From IMG/VR virus record IMGVR_UViG_3300048581_000043: a DNA stretch of 64,000 nucleotides; one strand, 5' to 3'. The DNA is from an uncultured virus (IMG/VR IMGVR_UViG_3300048581_000043). Taxonomy: Duplodnaviria; Heunggongvirae; Uroviricota; Caudoviricetes. Positions 47,201-58,900 of the stretch are shown piece after piece (the stretch's first letter is position 1; each line of letters opens with the position of its first letter). The translations under genes and the position numbers were made by a program. The notes below the pieces were generated by a model that was given only the letters and a program-made list of their open reading frames with translations, made no database searches and was not told the DNA's origin.

Positions 47201-49195
47201 GAAATTAGATTACCAGGTGCAGGTTATGAAAAATTCTACACCCCCGGCAAAGGTATTGTTTCTGGAGCACAACAATTAGGAGCTATTAATAGTTCGTATG
47301 CCGGTTCAGAAAAACAATACTCTATGCTTGATGCTTATAGGATTTTAGCTGACGTAGCTCCTTATTCAACTCAATATAAATATTCTCAGCAATACATGAT
47401 GGCTATGTCTAAAGTTGAGATGCTTACACCCGAAGCTGAAGAAGAAAGAAAGTTGATTCGTAAAGAGGTTACTAAAAAGAAAAAGCATTTCGAGTTTACT
47501 CCTAGAAAGTTTACTTCAGGAGATACCTCTACTGAAAACTTAACTGTAGATAAATACTTGGGAAGAGGTTCATTCTTAGCCGAAGGTCATGGAGAACACG
47601 TCTACAAACTTGCTGGACTCAAAGGTATAACTCCAGAAGGTGAAAAAGAAATACTTAAATATTTACATCCAGGAGCTAATGTTTCAGCCCAAGTTTTAGA
47701 TGATGATCGTTATAAAGAAAAAACTTCTACTGTTTTACCAACAACTCCAATTTTAGTGGGTGACTTGAATCGCCGTCTTATAACTGGAGACATGGCAGAA
47801 TATAAAAAAACAGGACCAGGCGATATATTTGATCCTCTTAATAAGATGGTCCAGTATAACGGTATGGAAAGAGCTGTCGGTACGGCATGGGAAAGCATTT
47901 CCCACTCAAATCTCGGATGGGTTTCTGCTAAGTTCTTACATAAAAGAACTCCATTAGAAGAATGGGAAAGAAGTCAAGTCTATGGACGTGAAACAGCGGA
48001 TTGGGGTCATCCAGTCAGAGACTTCTTTATGCCTGTTATAGAACGAGTCAAGTCATTAGGACCTCTTAGTGGTATAGTGGGGGGTGGTGCTGCAGGTTAC
48101 ATGTTTACAAAAGGACGCACTTCTAATATTTTAGGTTCTATAGTAGGCGCCGCACTTGGGGGAGCATTTAGCTTAACTCATAGCAAGTCTTATATTCCAG
48201 ATTATCGCAATAAAGAATGGGACATTAATCAGTATTTTGATATGCTAAAGTTCGTTAAAAATAAAAGATTATATGAATGGGCAAAAGAAAGAGCAATTGC
48301 AGATGAAGGAATTGACCCTGAAAAATTAATTAACTCTGTAGATGCCTCTAAAGATGCCAGACATGCTTTGCAGAAAGCTATCGAACATCAACATGGAGAA
48401 CTTGCTTTATTAGCCAAAGAAGCAAAAACTCCGGAAGATAAAACTTATTATAGAGAAAAGGCTGCTAATCTTGCTAAGAATACATCCTTCTTGCATGCTC
48501 AAAAGTGGACTGAAGATGAAACTCTAACAGCAATGAATCAAGGCTATACTGGTGCTGCATTAGAATATCGCAAAAACTTTATGTCCACTATGTTTGGCGC
48601 CGATCCACATGGTGATTTTGCTTCAATCATGCGAGCAATTCCGACCAAACAAAGAGAATTCTTTCAAGCCTTCGTACAAGCGCCCAAAGAAGATAGAGAA
48701 AAGATCAAAAAAATAACTCCTTTAGGAATGCGTAGATTCCTAGAAGCTAAATGGGGCGAAGATGTAGAAAAGAATCCGGATATCGTTGATTACTTCAAAC
48801 AACACCAATTACCTGGTTTAGATTGGGTAGGCTGGAATCCCGGAGTAGCTTTGGATGATGTGAAGTATCGAACTGTACAACAAGAGGGACTTGAACTTCA
48901 TGATTTTAACCTATGGCAAAGTCAAGGCGCTCAACTCCAGAGAAAACCTTATGTTCCTTTAGTGGATCCTTTAGATACCACCAATAATGTAGGAGATATC
49001 AAACGCGAATTGAATGACATTATGGGCGCTCAAGGTTATAATAACTATGATATATATGTCAATCAACGTCCCGGAGTCAATCAGATTAACTTGCAATTAG
49101 ATGTTAAGTATGCAACAAATGGAGACGCAAAAGATTATATATCTAATAATATTGGCAAAATAGTTAGTCCTGCAATGACTTCATCTTATAGATAA
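44261..49195 (+). CDS. tape-measure-like/ejected protein
   Basis: 1644 aa; follows the chaperones; multiple Gly-rich hydrophobic segments. Confidence 0.6.
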   Translation: MKGYTTRLGIAVAGTSAYLGKRLADSRQEDLQKQDPSTLNVGIGVATTAAVISGMHFAEARYKNPWLTGLGMAITAGTAYASGHILGAIKQKEIYEQGQASGSTRILEGALSLGTLYYSGKALAPYAARTVSRLDAVIRPGLRALGSAIESSEFKNIGEFGSVFARKFELERASYSAGDGRFPIQNYLGLISNIKSEVLNTELQAHGLNDVFHDMKTRFGLNDRDTVHGIRSASLADLMKAHREAVSPDILRMFETRNIPLNNIALGSGVLFDIKANKILNLQRYTAKNIVKDAVLGFEKNFRIPFANFNPITLLRPREVFGAAEQAHSFQHFPAGTPLGPQLKAGPKGAAFIGGHLYDEETGKKLTTGIIVKTGYRKKETGEWIESVFGSVIRQRYGHGAEAIKDAPRNGFFQNMMASLEMDVPGLYKTGHAKMESQWTSFWKDVNKRSAKDKGFFGSLKNVTAHIFHEENITNEFKTIGNKFGDVNYAFVPHSDLPGIGAFWLTERPVRLLETLGIGGFDPRTTRSAPDVIWKMLTKRFLPIYAGYKTLQFADDMSHQFFGYGPSDVPMDALAAITVGSSYMRQGLGITKGAQYLEDLMPGSMTSGISVGSRALGLPMLAGLKFGPKAFWAGTAASVLLGGFGDVTKTAEEYKEEYYGDKRVGIRNGAYWELGTQEFHGGKIKEFLPNYYRRFKSRYQFTDVQYGSEAEYWGNYLDPYHYAEKHYSDRPYPYVSNGLEEVPFIGPAIAPLGGPGYLMHQGYEKEPWKYSGASPEAAIPGPGGLYSSPETPGAFGGGDNIGVGGGLGAGGTGGGTGEGAENFVFMQPTQFGYMAGAPEPMGDRAVDPLLKGLPKRKAIDPNSPKGLATESFYRGYEYLGIYGWLGQQGMTDLTGRQSLFDDPQLESAHRIDSAERSFYQQGWGGMLQTNELFRRFLPHRQRNIDLYNPIENNMPGWIPGSEYMQNFHQGDPYNKAGDFGEIRLPGAGYEKFYTPGKGIVSGAQQLGAINSSYAGSEKQYSMLDAYRILADVAPYSTQYKYSQQYMMAMSKVEMLTPEAEEERKLIRKEVTKKKKHFEFTPRKFTSGDTSTENLTVDKYLGRGSFLAEGHGEHVYKLAGLKGITPEGEKEILKYLHPGANVSAQVLDDDRYKEKTSTVLPTTPILVGDLNRRLITGDMAEYKKTGPGDIFDPLNKMVQYNGMERAVGTAWESISHSNLGWVSAKFLHKRTPLEEWERSQVYGRETADWGHPVRDFFMPVIERVKSLGPLSGIVGGGAAGYMFTKGRTSNILGSIVGAALGGAFSLTHSKSYIPDYRNKEWDINQYFDMLKFVKNKRLYEWAKERAIADEGIDPEKLINSVDASKDARHALQKAIEHQHGELALLAKEAKTPEDKTYYREKAANLAKNTSFLHAQKWTEDETLTAMNQGYTGAALEYRKNFMSTMFGADPHGDFASIMRAIPTKQREFFQAFVQAPKEDREKIKKITPLGMRRFLEAKWGEDVEKNPDIVDYFKQHQLPGLDWVGWNPGVALDDVKYRTVQQEGLELHDFNLWQSQGAQLQRKPYVPLVDPLDTTNNVGDIKRELNDIMGAQGYNNYDIYVNQRPGVNQINLQLDVKYATNGDAKDYISNNIGKIVSPAMTSSYR

Positions 49196-49203
49196 GGTAA
49201 CCC

Positions 49204-52200
49204 ATGGCTTCTCAGTTTGACTGGAAGACAATTAATCGTTTAAATAAACTCTTTCCCGAATCTACTATTTCTAAAAGTGATTTGCCCACTTTTGGAGCAG
49301 GATCAGATATATTCTATAATGGCGTTCGTCGAGTCGGATATAAGTATAAATATAAAGGCGCTATACAAGACTTAGGTTCTTATACCAACTCCCTTTTAAA
49401 AGAAATATTAGACTTACCTAAAGCCGAAGGGCAAGAAGCTCTTCGTGGCTTTATGGGAACATTTAGAGAGCAACATGTTCTAAAGATGCCAGTCGGCTTC
49501 ATGCAAGGAATAGCTGATGAGATGGCAGTCTCTGAAGCTGTTAGAGATATTGATGCTGAACAAGCTTTCTCAAAACTACCAAGATCAGAACAATTCAATT
49601 TTAAGAAAAACTGGATAGTCGAAAATGCCGCACAAGGTCATGGTTGGTCTGGTAGCGGAGAGTCTATTGGAGACTTCTTCTTTTCAGATAAAAGCACGAT
49701 GCCTTTGGGATTCGGTAAAGGTACACAAGAAGAAGTTCGTAAATATTTAACTCTTTATAATGCTATGGATCTAGGAGAATTTGGAACTTCTCCTACCACT
49801 TTAACAAATTTGGCAATCGAAAATGCCCATAGACATGCCAGTTCTATAGCTTTTAATTCAAAGAATACTGCTATTGACCAAGTAGCCGAACAAACGATGA
49901 GTCGGTACTTGATTAAAGATGTACAGTTTATTGCAGATGATCCCAATCTGATTGGTAATCCAATCTTTTTTAAACATGGATCTTTCTCTGGAGAAAAATA
50001 CTATACTCCAAAAGAATTAACATTTAGTCCACTCAGTTTACAATCTCATCTCGGTAAAGAATCTGCAATGTTACCGGGAATCATGTCTAAGATACACGCA
50101 GGCAAAGGTACTTTCACAGCACAAGAAATGACTGCAATTAGATCAGCCTCTTTATTAGATAATAATGCGGAATTCACTGCCTTACTTGAACAAGGTAACT
50201 CGCCTACTGAAGCTTTGGAAGCTATTAATCGTAGTCCAGAAATGCATTCTAAAATTAATTCTGTAGCTTTTGAAGACGGTAAAGTTAGATTACAATATGG
50301 ACAAGAACAACGTATTGGACCAGGAACAAAGTTTTCTACTGCAGAACAAAAGGCCTTGGGTGGATTTTTACCTAAAAAGGTTTGGGAAGGAAGGGGTTAT
50401 AATCAAGCAGCTGATGCTGTAATAGCTCCTATTTCTGGTGCGGAATCTCAACGGCAATTGTTGCCTTTCTGGAACGCTATTGATATATGGGCCACCAAAC
50501 GTGGAGACGTTACAACTAAACTTAGAAATGCTCATAGTTTAGTAGAAATAATCAACCAACACGCTGATATTCAGGCTGCAACTTCTGGTATCAAGTACGC
50601 TCAACTTAATGAACAAGCTATTAGAATTAATGTCGCCAATGAATTTAAACTAACTCCTAAGTTTATCGAAGATGCAGCTCGTATATTAAATCCACAAGAA
50701 AGAAATGAACTATTAAGATCTGCGCGACCCGTATTACCTCAATACATCAGTGTATTAAACCAAAGTGATTTTTCTACTCATGGTAAAATTGAAAAAGCTG
50801 GAATTCAAGATGTTGTAGGCTTAATGAACCGAGATATGCCTTTATCATCAAGGGCAGTAATGTCAGATATTGGGGCAAGACCTTTAGCTAAAGAATACCA
50901 ACAATTCTTTGGTGATGTACTAGGAAAAAATGAGTTTGGTGGAATTCCCTTACCTCCAGAAGAATTCGAAAGATTAGCAAGACAACAAATTTCTTATGCT
51001 AATGGAGAGATAGTAGGAGGAGAAGGTTCAAAATTATTTGACCCTAATCTTTCTGCTATTGAAAAATCCCAACGGTATTCTCTTGATCTCGGCAGAGACT
51101 ATAGTGCTAAAGTAGGCAAGACTAATACTGTTACTTTAAATAAAGTTCCAGTTTTATCCATGAATGCAAGACAGATGACAGCTATGCCAGGATCGGGAAC
51201 CGTATGGGCAGGAGATGTTAATAAACCATTAATAGATTTAGTTAAAGCTAGACAATATGGTACTCCCGATCAAATCCAAGCAACTTTACAAAATTATCTG
51301 GATGCTACCGCTAATCTTTCAGGCAAAGGTAGATCAATAGTAGAGGAAGGGCTAAAAACAAGACTACAAGGAACACGAGGAACTGGTAACTTTCTAAGTT
51401 CTGAACAAGTAAACTTAATAACTCAACAGTTTACTGAAGGTTCTGGCAACCAGAGAGGTATAGTCGCCCTTACACTAGAACAAGCAAAACATATTTTTGG
51501 TGATATGACAACCGATGAGTTTAGATCTAAAGTAAAAACGGGTTTATATGGCACGTTACAGAGATATCCTTCGCTTACTGGTTATGCCCCCTTCAGAGTA
51601 GGTATGCTAACTAAAAAAGTCATGAAGGCGGGGCCTTCTTATGGCAAAAAAGGCATAATGGGAACAGCTGATATAGGTTCGGCTATTGAAGAGGATCTTG
51701 ATGCCGATATGGTAACAGCTCTTAACCTAGAAAACCTACAACAAGGATTAATGTCAGAAGCTGAAAATGTACATAACAAATTCTCTGCTCCTGGTGGACT
51801 TTATGAAGTAGCTCAAGCCAAAGCAGAGACTAAGGCTATGCCAGAGACGCGGTTAGGTGAAAGTGCATGGCAAAGAGCTAAGCGTTTATCTATGACTGAA
51901 GAACCTACAACTACCGAAGTAGGAATGGCATTATTGCAAAAAGCAGAAGGAACAGGCAAATTCAACGTTGCTTCTCTTCGTGTATTAGAGGGCGCTCAAC
52001 AATTAGGTTATCAGAATGCTGCAGACCTACATACTTATGTTGCCAAACTAAGTCAAAAAGGGTATAATGCCAAACTAAGAGGAATGAGCAAAGATGTTTT
52101 AGAAGCTAACATTTCTGATATATTTTGGGGTTCTACAACCAAAGCTGAAAGAGCTATGCAACTAGGACCATTACTTGAGGGAATCGTTCCTGAAGGTCAG

Positions 52201-52914
52201 GATACAACTAAAATAGCTCATCAAATAATTGAAGCTCATAGGATTGGTTCAAAAGGTGGAGTTATAAGCGACTTACTTTCTCTTAATCGTCCTCAATCTT
52301 TCGAGAACATAGGAGTAGCTCTCAACTCTGCTCTTGAAAGAGCGGAACGTTCTCCCATAGGTTCTGATATTGCTAAATCAGGAATGGTACATGCTATCGA
52401 TATGTTAGGTGCTCAAAATGCCAGTTTAGCTCAAGATGGTATGAAAGGTATAGAGAAATCGGCCAAAGAAGGATTAGGATCTTTTTCTAGATACATTAAA
52501 GAAAGTACTGGAGATTTCGTCGCCGGATTAAGACAAGGTAAAGGATGGACTTCTGTTGCAATAGGAGCAGCAGTCTTGGCAGGTGTTGGATTAGGAATGC
52601 GTAAGCCTGGAACCATGATAGTTCAAGGTGAGAATGCAGAAAATCACCAATCTCCACCCGCAGAAGCTCCCATGATAACTCCAAGAAAAGAGTCAAAATT
52701 ACGTCTAATGACCGAAAATCAATATGATGTTCGTGTTAAAATAAGAGAAGCAAGACGTCAACATTCCTCGAAATTTGTTGATTTCGTCAATGCTATTTCT
52801 CACAAATACGATTCTCAAACAAACGCACAAGTAAATATACGTGATGATTCTTCTGAGCAAGATTATCAAAAAATCTTTGCTGATCAATATCGTCGTTCAA
52901 TGAGGCAAGGTTAA
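49204..52914 (+). CDS. putative single-chain two-barrel (beta/beta-prime-like) virion RNA polymerase
   Basis: RIGPGTKFSTAEQKA...ADAVIAP, LSGKGRS...LKTRLQG, LQRYPSL and DLDAD in RNAP order. Confidence 0.75.
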   Translation: MASQFDWKTINRLNKLFPESTISKSDLPTFGAGSDIFYNGVRRVGYKYKYKGAIQDLGSYTNSLLKEILDLPKAEGQEALRGFMGTFREQHVLKMPVGFMQGIADEMAVSEAVRDIDAEQAFSKLPRSEQFNFKKNWIVENAAQGHGWSGSGESIGDFFFSDKSTMPLGFGKGTQEEVRKYLTLYNAMDLGEFGTSPTTLTNLAIENAHRHASSIAFNSKNTAIDQVAEQTMSRYLIKDVQFIADDPNLIGNPIFFKHGSFSGEKYYTPKELTFSPLSLQSHLGKESAMLPGIMSKIHAGKGTFTAQEMTAIRSASLLDNNAEFTALLEQGNSPTEALEAINRSPEMHSKINSVAFEDGKVRLQYGQEQRIGPGTKFSTAEQKALGGFLPKKVWEGRGYNQAADAVIAPISGAESQRQLLPFWNAIDIWATKRGDVTTKLRNAHSLVEIINQHADIQAATSGIKYAQLNEQAIRINVANEFKLTPKFIEDAARILNPQERNELLRSARPVLPQYISVLNQSDFSTHGKIEKAGIQDVVGLMNRDMPLSSRAVMSDIGARPLAKEYQQFFGDVLGKNEFGGIPLPPEEFERLARQQISYANGEIVGGEGSKLFDPNLSAIEKSQRYSLDLGRDYSAKVGKTNTVTLNKVPVLSMNARQMTAMPGSGTVWAGDVNKPLIDLVKARQYGTPDQIQATLQNYLDATANLSGKGRSIVEEGLKTRLQGTRGTGNFLSSEQVNLITQQFTEGSGNQRGIVALTLEQAKHIFGDMTTDEFRSKVKTGLYGTLQRYPSLTGYAPFRVGMLTKKVMKAGPSYGKKGIMGTADIGSAIEEDLDADMVTALNLENLQQGLMSEAENVHNKFSAPGGLYEVAQAKAETKAMPETRLGESAWQRAKRLSMTEEPTTTEVGMALLQKAEGTGKFNVASLRVLEGAQQLGYQNAADLHTYVAKLSQKGYNAKLRGMSKDVLEANISDIFWGSTTKAERAMQLGPLLEGIVPEGQDTTKIAHQIIEAHRIGSKGGVISDLLSLNRPQSFENIGVALNSALERAERSPIGSDIAKSGMVHAIDMLGAQNASLAQDGMKGIEKSAKEGLGSFSRYIKESTGDFVAGLRQGKGWTSVAIGAAVLAGVGLGMRKPGTMIVQGENAENHQSPPAEAPMITPRKESKLRLMTENQYDVRVKIREARRQHSSKFVDFVNAISHKYDSQTNAQVNIRDDSSEQDYQKIFADQYRRSMRQG

Positions 52915-55900
52915 TGTCTAACAACTCCGTAATCAATTCAAGCGCTAATAATGAACGTACATCATTTCAATATGATCCTCGTGACTTGCCTGGAGCTACT
53001 AGAATTGGTAATGTCTGGTTACATGTTCCTCCAATTAACCTACGATTTGGTCATGCTAAAGCTACAGATTTGCGTAAAGTATTAAGACAATCTGGACCCG
53101 AATATGTTAAGTCAGGACGTGGAGTTAAGACAGTAGATATAGATCTAGTGTTCTCTGGCGCCAATCAAATCAATAATAAACTAGCAAGAATCTTAGCTAC
53201 TCTAAGACGCACTCCTTTTATTATAGTTAATAATGAAACTATTTGCAAAGAGATGAATTATCAATCAAATAATGCAATTAATAATGACGTTCCTATGGCT
53301 GTTACTGCCTATACTTTTCGCACTGAATTAGAATTGCCCGACACTATTATCATGCATCTTTCAATGATGTTCTTTAATTTTCTTCCTTATGTTAAGACAT
53401 TCCAGTATTTAAAACATACAGGAGACTTTAACAAAGATGGCACTCCCACACTTGTACCTTGCCAAGGAATCGAAGATTCTAACCTTTATCGGCAATATGT
53501 AGATGCCTTACTTAAAAAGAGTGTGGAAATTGGCGACTTCATGTTTGGTGGAGAAATTGATTCGGCAGGTTCTCTTAGTCCTGAAGAACTTGCTAAACAA
53601 AAGAATGCTAAAAATGAATTCAATTCGCGTATTGATTTTCAAAGATCTGATGTGGTACGCAATGGATCAGTTATTCGTTTAACGGATAATTATGATTCAG
53701 CTAAACAAGATCTTGTAATTGGTTACCACGTATTTAGTCTTGCTCAAGCATTAGATTTAAAACTTGGAGCATATAAAAGTCGTCGTCTTCATAAATGGGT
53801 CTGGACCGAAGATGATTTGCGTAAAGATATGAAACTCTGTGTAACTAACTTACCTGATAGTATGTCGGTTACGCAAGCAGTTACTCAATACTATGAAGAA
53901 CTCATGACCTTACCTGTTATTAATAATGGTGCCAAATATCCCAAAAAGTTTAGGATCTCCACTAATAATACCTGCGTAATTCATGGACTTGCAGTTCGTC
54001 GTTCTATTAATCTAACCCCATTACCTATACTTAGTTGCGAAACTCCTACAATACAATATACTGGCGGAGCAGTAACAGATATAAGTTTGACATTAGTCGT
54101 AAATGACGAAAACTTTATTGAGCAATTAAGAGCAGTAGATAGCAGTATCGAAGAGTCCTCTCGAAATAAACGGCATTTAGCCGGAACAGAAATGTCATAT
54201 ATTGAGAATGATCTAGTCAATCTTAATGGAACTTTTACTATTCATACTGGAGATATGGATATTCAAAATATTCCCGGTAACCCCGGTAGTTATATGGTTA
54301 ACTGGAACTTTAATGAACAAACAGAAGGTCTGTATGCCTTAACTTCTCCTCCTAATGAAATTCCCAAACTCAAACAAACCATGCTTGAGCAAATATTGAC
54401 TGTATATCGTAATTGGCAATATACGGATGCTTATAATAAAAAACGCCATGATTTAAACTTTGATGATATCGATCCTAGTTACATTAAGATTTTCGTTATT
54501 CCATCACTAATACGTTCTGTGCGTAATGGATTCGTAGAGTTTATGAAACAGAATGGATATGTCAATAGTTCTGATTTCACAAACGAATCTATTTCAGGTG
54601 TACTCGATGCTGCCACAGCCATGATAACTCAAGGACAAGTTCAAACTATCAATTTTGATTATCTATGGGAAGACCCTCCCTTTGTAGATGATGGAAGTGT
54701 TTCTGAAACCGCAGATGATCAAGAGACAAGATATGAAACCGCATATAATAAAATATGGCATCTAATGACTGGTCAACTTGGTACAAGTGATATTAATAAG
54801 GATACTAATACAACTACTCTTTATCAACAGTTTAAATATTACCTATATGCTCAATTGGCTACTTTAAGTGGCGTTAATGCTACTAATACTAATACCGAAA
54901 CAGGGATGATTAAAGGAACAGCAGCTTTATTGGCTCGTTCAAATAATAGACGTTTTGAATTGTTTTTAAGACAACCTAATATTCGCGAATATGAAATTAA
55001 AAAAATGATGGGCAATACCTCTTCTGGAACTAGTACTGGATCCGGTTATTACTGGACTAGTATGATGGGAGAGAAAGTGTACTATGATGATCTAAGTATA
55101 AGAGATTACGTTAGTAGTTTAGCCGATGCATGCGCCGAATACACTATTGATGAGAAACCTTTATTTAAACAACCCACTCATCCTGACTTAACAGAAGCAG
55201 AACTGAGACAAGGTTCTATCTATTTATTACGCGGTGATGATGTTTCAAATGCGGCTTTTAAAGAATTAATGCGACCTCATATAGAAAAATGGATCGCTCG
55301 TCACAGTTCTTCTGGAGCCAATATCGGATCTGCCAAAGATGCATTTTCTACTTTCTTAAATGCTACTTCAAAACTTACATGTTATCCTGATCTGGGTTTA
55401 CCTTTTGATTATGATATTGAAAAAGCGGATGGTACAAAAACAGGAAAGTTTATTACTTTCACAGAACCGGATTTTTATATTCAATCCTATAGTATAAAAG
55501 ATATTGGCGGGATTGATGATAGTGATATTAGTTTAGTTGCAATTAAAAAACGTTTAGCATTGGCTAGTCAAGGAATTCCTACTCTGGCAATAACTGGCAA
55601 TACAGTTCCTTCCATCGAACGTACTAATGGAATGGTTAATAATGATATTCGTAATTCTGAACCGTATAAACCATTAGGTTCAACAAGCAAAACAACTTCT
55701 TCGCCTAAAGATATTCAACAACGCGAAATCGACTTACTTAATAACTCTATTAATAAAGAACTAGCAACTACTAAAGCTTATTACAAAAATGCTCATGGTG
55801 GAAATATTTCACCTGGAGAAATGGCTAAGCTTCGTAATAATGAAACCGATTTTAGCATGTTAAGTGATGCTGAATTATTCATGACAACCGCTCTTGCTAA

Positions 55901-58900
55901 AACCGTAGGGAACATAGCAGGAGAAACATCTCCTAAAACTATAGATGAAGCCATGAGAGAACACAAAATCTTTCATTCCACCTACATGGACTACAATCCA
56001 GACTTCGAGCATACTCTTCCTAATATAATCGAAAAAGCTCAAAATCAGATACTAGAAAACCCCAAATACTATAGTATGGCTGGAGCTTATCCTACCTTTA
56101 AACTTTATTTCCGTGCCGAGAACCAAAATGAATGGTTATTATTCGATAACTTTTTCGATTATCGTATGATAAGTAGTATTCGTATCTTTAAGGATAAAGG
56201 TAGTCCTTCTACATCAGCAGTAATAGAAATGGTTAATCAAAAAAATGTACTTAATGACTTGACTGCCTTATTAGCCAAATCCTCTCATCTAACTGCTGAT
56301 GGAAATAATGCATCTGCCAATAAGTTAGATTACACCTCTGATCAGGGTGGAAGTAAACCTTTGGCTAAACTTATGCTTCAAGCAGGTACGGCTGTTTCTA
56401 TAAGAGTAGGTTATAATTCCGATCCTGATCTATTATCAACATTATTCAATGGATATATCACCGGAGTAGATCCTGGCGAAGCATTTACTATTGAATGTCA
56501 ATCATATGGAGCAGAATTAGATACAGAATCCAATATGACCTCTATTACTGGAAGATTCTGCCATCCAGGGCAGTATTTGTGGATGATGATGACAGATCCT
56601 AAAGTTAAACACTTAGGACATCTTTTTGAAGCAAAGACTTTGCCTAATTCTGCTAAAGATTATTTAGACTGGGCAGCATTTGGCCATAACATCTATATTA
56701 ATGACACTATGGAACCTGGCAAGCTTCGATACCTTCAGGCTTATAATGCCGAGAACATGTCTAAATGGGATGTATTTCAAGATATGGCCGCAGCACATCC
56801 TGGTTATATTTGTCAAGTAGTCCCATATGGAAATCGTGAAACAGTTTTCTTTGGTAAGCCAGATCACTTCTACACTTATACAGATGATCCAGGCGTAACT
56901 CGTAACTACTCATTACCTTACAAGAACGATTCTGGCACTCCCTCTTCTCTTAAAACCTTTATAAATAGTTGTATTAATGGTGCAGCTGATAGTTATGGTC
57001 CTCAACCAGCAGGATTAGACGTAATGTCTACTGCCGATTATAAAACTGCTTGGAACTCGCTTCAACTAGGTAATTTTAGTGTTAATCTAAATTACATGCA
57101 ATGGAAAGCTTATGGAGATTCGATTAAAGATATTATCGACATCAATAAGCAAGCTATTTCACAAACAAAAAAGTATGATATATTTGTAGCTTTACAATAC
57201 TGTCGTTTAGTAGAATACTTAACTGCTCTAGATGCAGATCCTGCAGTAGGCAATATTCAATATAGGCAAATCAGTTTAACAGGGCAGGCAGATTCAGTAG
57301 ATTCTTTGTCTAGCAATGCTTTAAAATCAGCACAAGCAAGTCAAACAACGGCTCTTAAAACTTACTTGCAAAGTTTGTCTGCTTCAGAACTGACTAACAC
57401 AATCCAAACTGTTATCAATAATTACTCTGAAGACCCCTCTATCAATCCTTCTAGTGCTGCACAATACGATAATAAGTTAACTAAATTACGTGCAGACGTA
57501 TTAAAAATACAAACCAATCCATCGTATATGACGTCATTTGATATAAGCAAATATGACAATAAAATTCAAGCAGCATTTACCAATAGTCTAAAAAACAGAA
57601 CTGTCCATCTTCAATATTTTCTAACTGGAGGCACTGAAGCAAATAGGGAGTTGGGAGCTACTTGGTCTAATATGAGTAAGAAAAGTTTTCAAGATTCCAG
57701 TTACGATTTTAATATTCTAGAAGTTAATCCAGACTTACAATCTGCCGAAGAACTAATGTTGAATTATAAAAACACAAAAGACCCCGATATTATAAGTCAA
57801 GGTATGTTCTCTGATTCTACTCATGTAACCCGAGCTTTTTTCAAAGCAGCTCAAGCAACTTATAATGAAACCGGAATAGCCAGTCCTATAGCTTGCGCTT
57901 GCTGGTATAGAATTGCATTTCTTTTATTTGGCCAACTCAGAAAGAAAACTGGTCAAAAAGGTAATCAGACAGTAACCTACATGAATGATATAAATAACTT
58001 GCAAGACTATAGTTCCACAGGTCTTTTCTTTGATTCATTAGGGATACAAGTTTTCAATACAGATGACGCGGGAGTTACTACAGACCAATTAGGAACAGTA
58101 AAATTTAATGGACCAATATTTCGCACGGATCTTAAAGCTCATATAGCTTTGCGTAATATAATCCTGGGAAAACTTACTAGCTTCTCTGCCGATCTACAAG
58201 AATTGCTTTTCACTCTAGGACAAGCTCCTAATAAAAAAACCTTTCGTAACTATAAAATTCTTACAAGTCACGAACACATTATTAATAACTCTATTAAATT
58301 AGACTATATAGGTATGTGGAATGCTGTTAAATTAAAATATAAAAGACATGATTTTATGGACGTATATATCCCCAGTCCTGTAATAGGCGTTGCAAATGCA
58401 GTTGTTACTGCGGGTTCTTATGGAATGCTCAACCTGGGTTGGGGAGACAAACCTAATAGTTATGTCATACAAGCTGGTCAAACATTAGACGACCGAATTA
58501 CTCGCGAAATAACAATACCTATAGAAAATGCAAGGACTGTAGCACAAGCTCGAAACTATTCTACCTCTTTATTAGCAGAGGGTATTCGTAACATGTACTC
58601 TGGGAATCTTGTTATACGAGGAGATCCAGAACTGAAGCCTACAGACATTTGTTTCATCTATGATGACTACAATGCCATGTATGGAGCTATTGAAGTCAAA
58701 TCTGTTTTAAACTTGTTTACACCCGATACAGGATACATTACAGTAATAGAACCACAAGCCTATGTTGAACCTTTAGGTATAAACTTTAGTGCTGCTGCCT
58801 TAATCTGCGAAGTCTTCAATGATATTTTAACTGCTGTAGCTGTTATAGGAGCCGCTGAAACATTCGGAGCTTCCCTCGGTCTGTTAGGAGAAAAAGCGGC

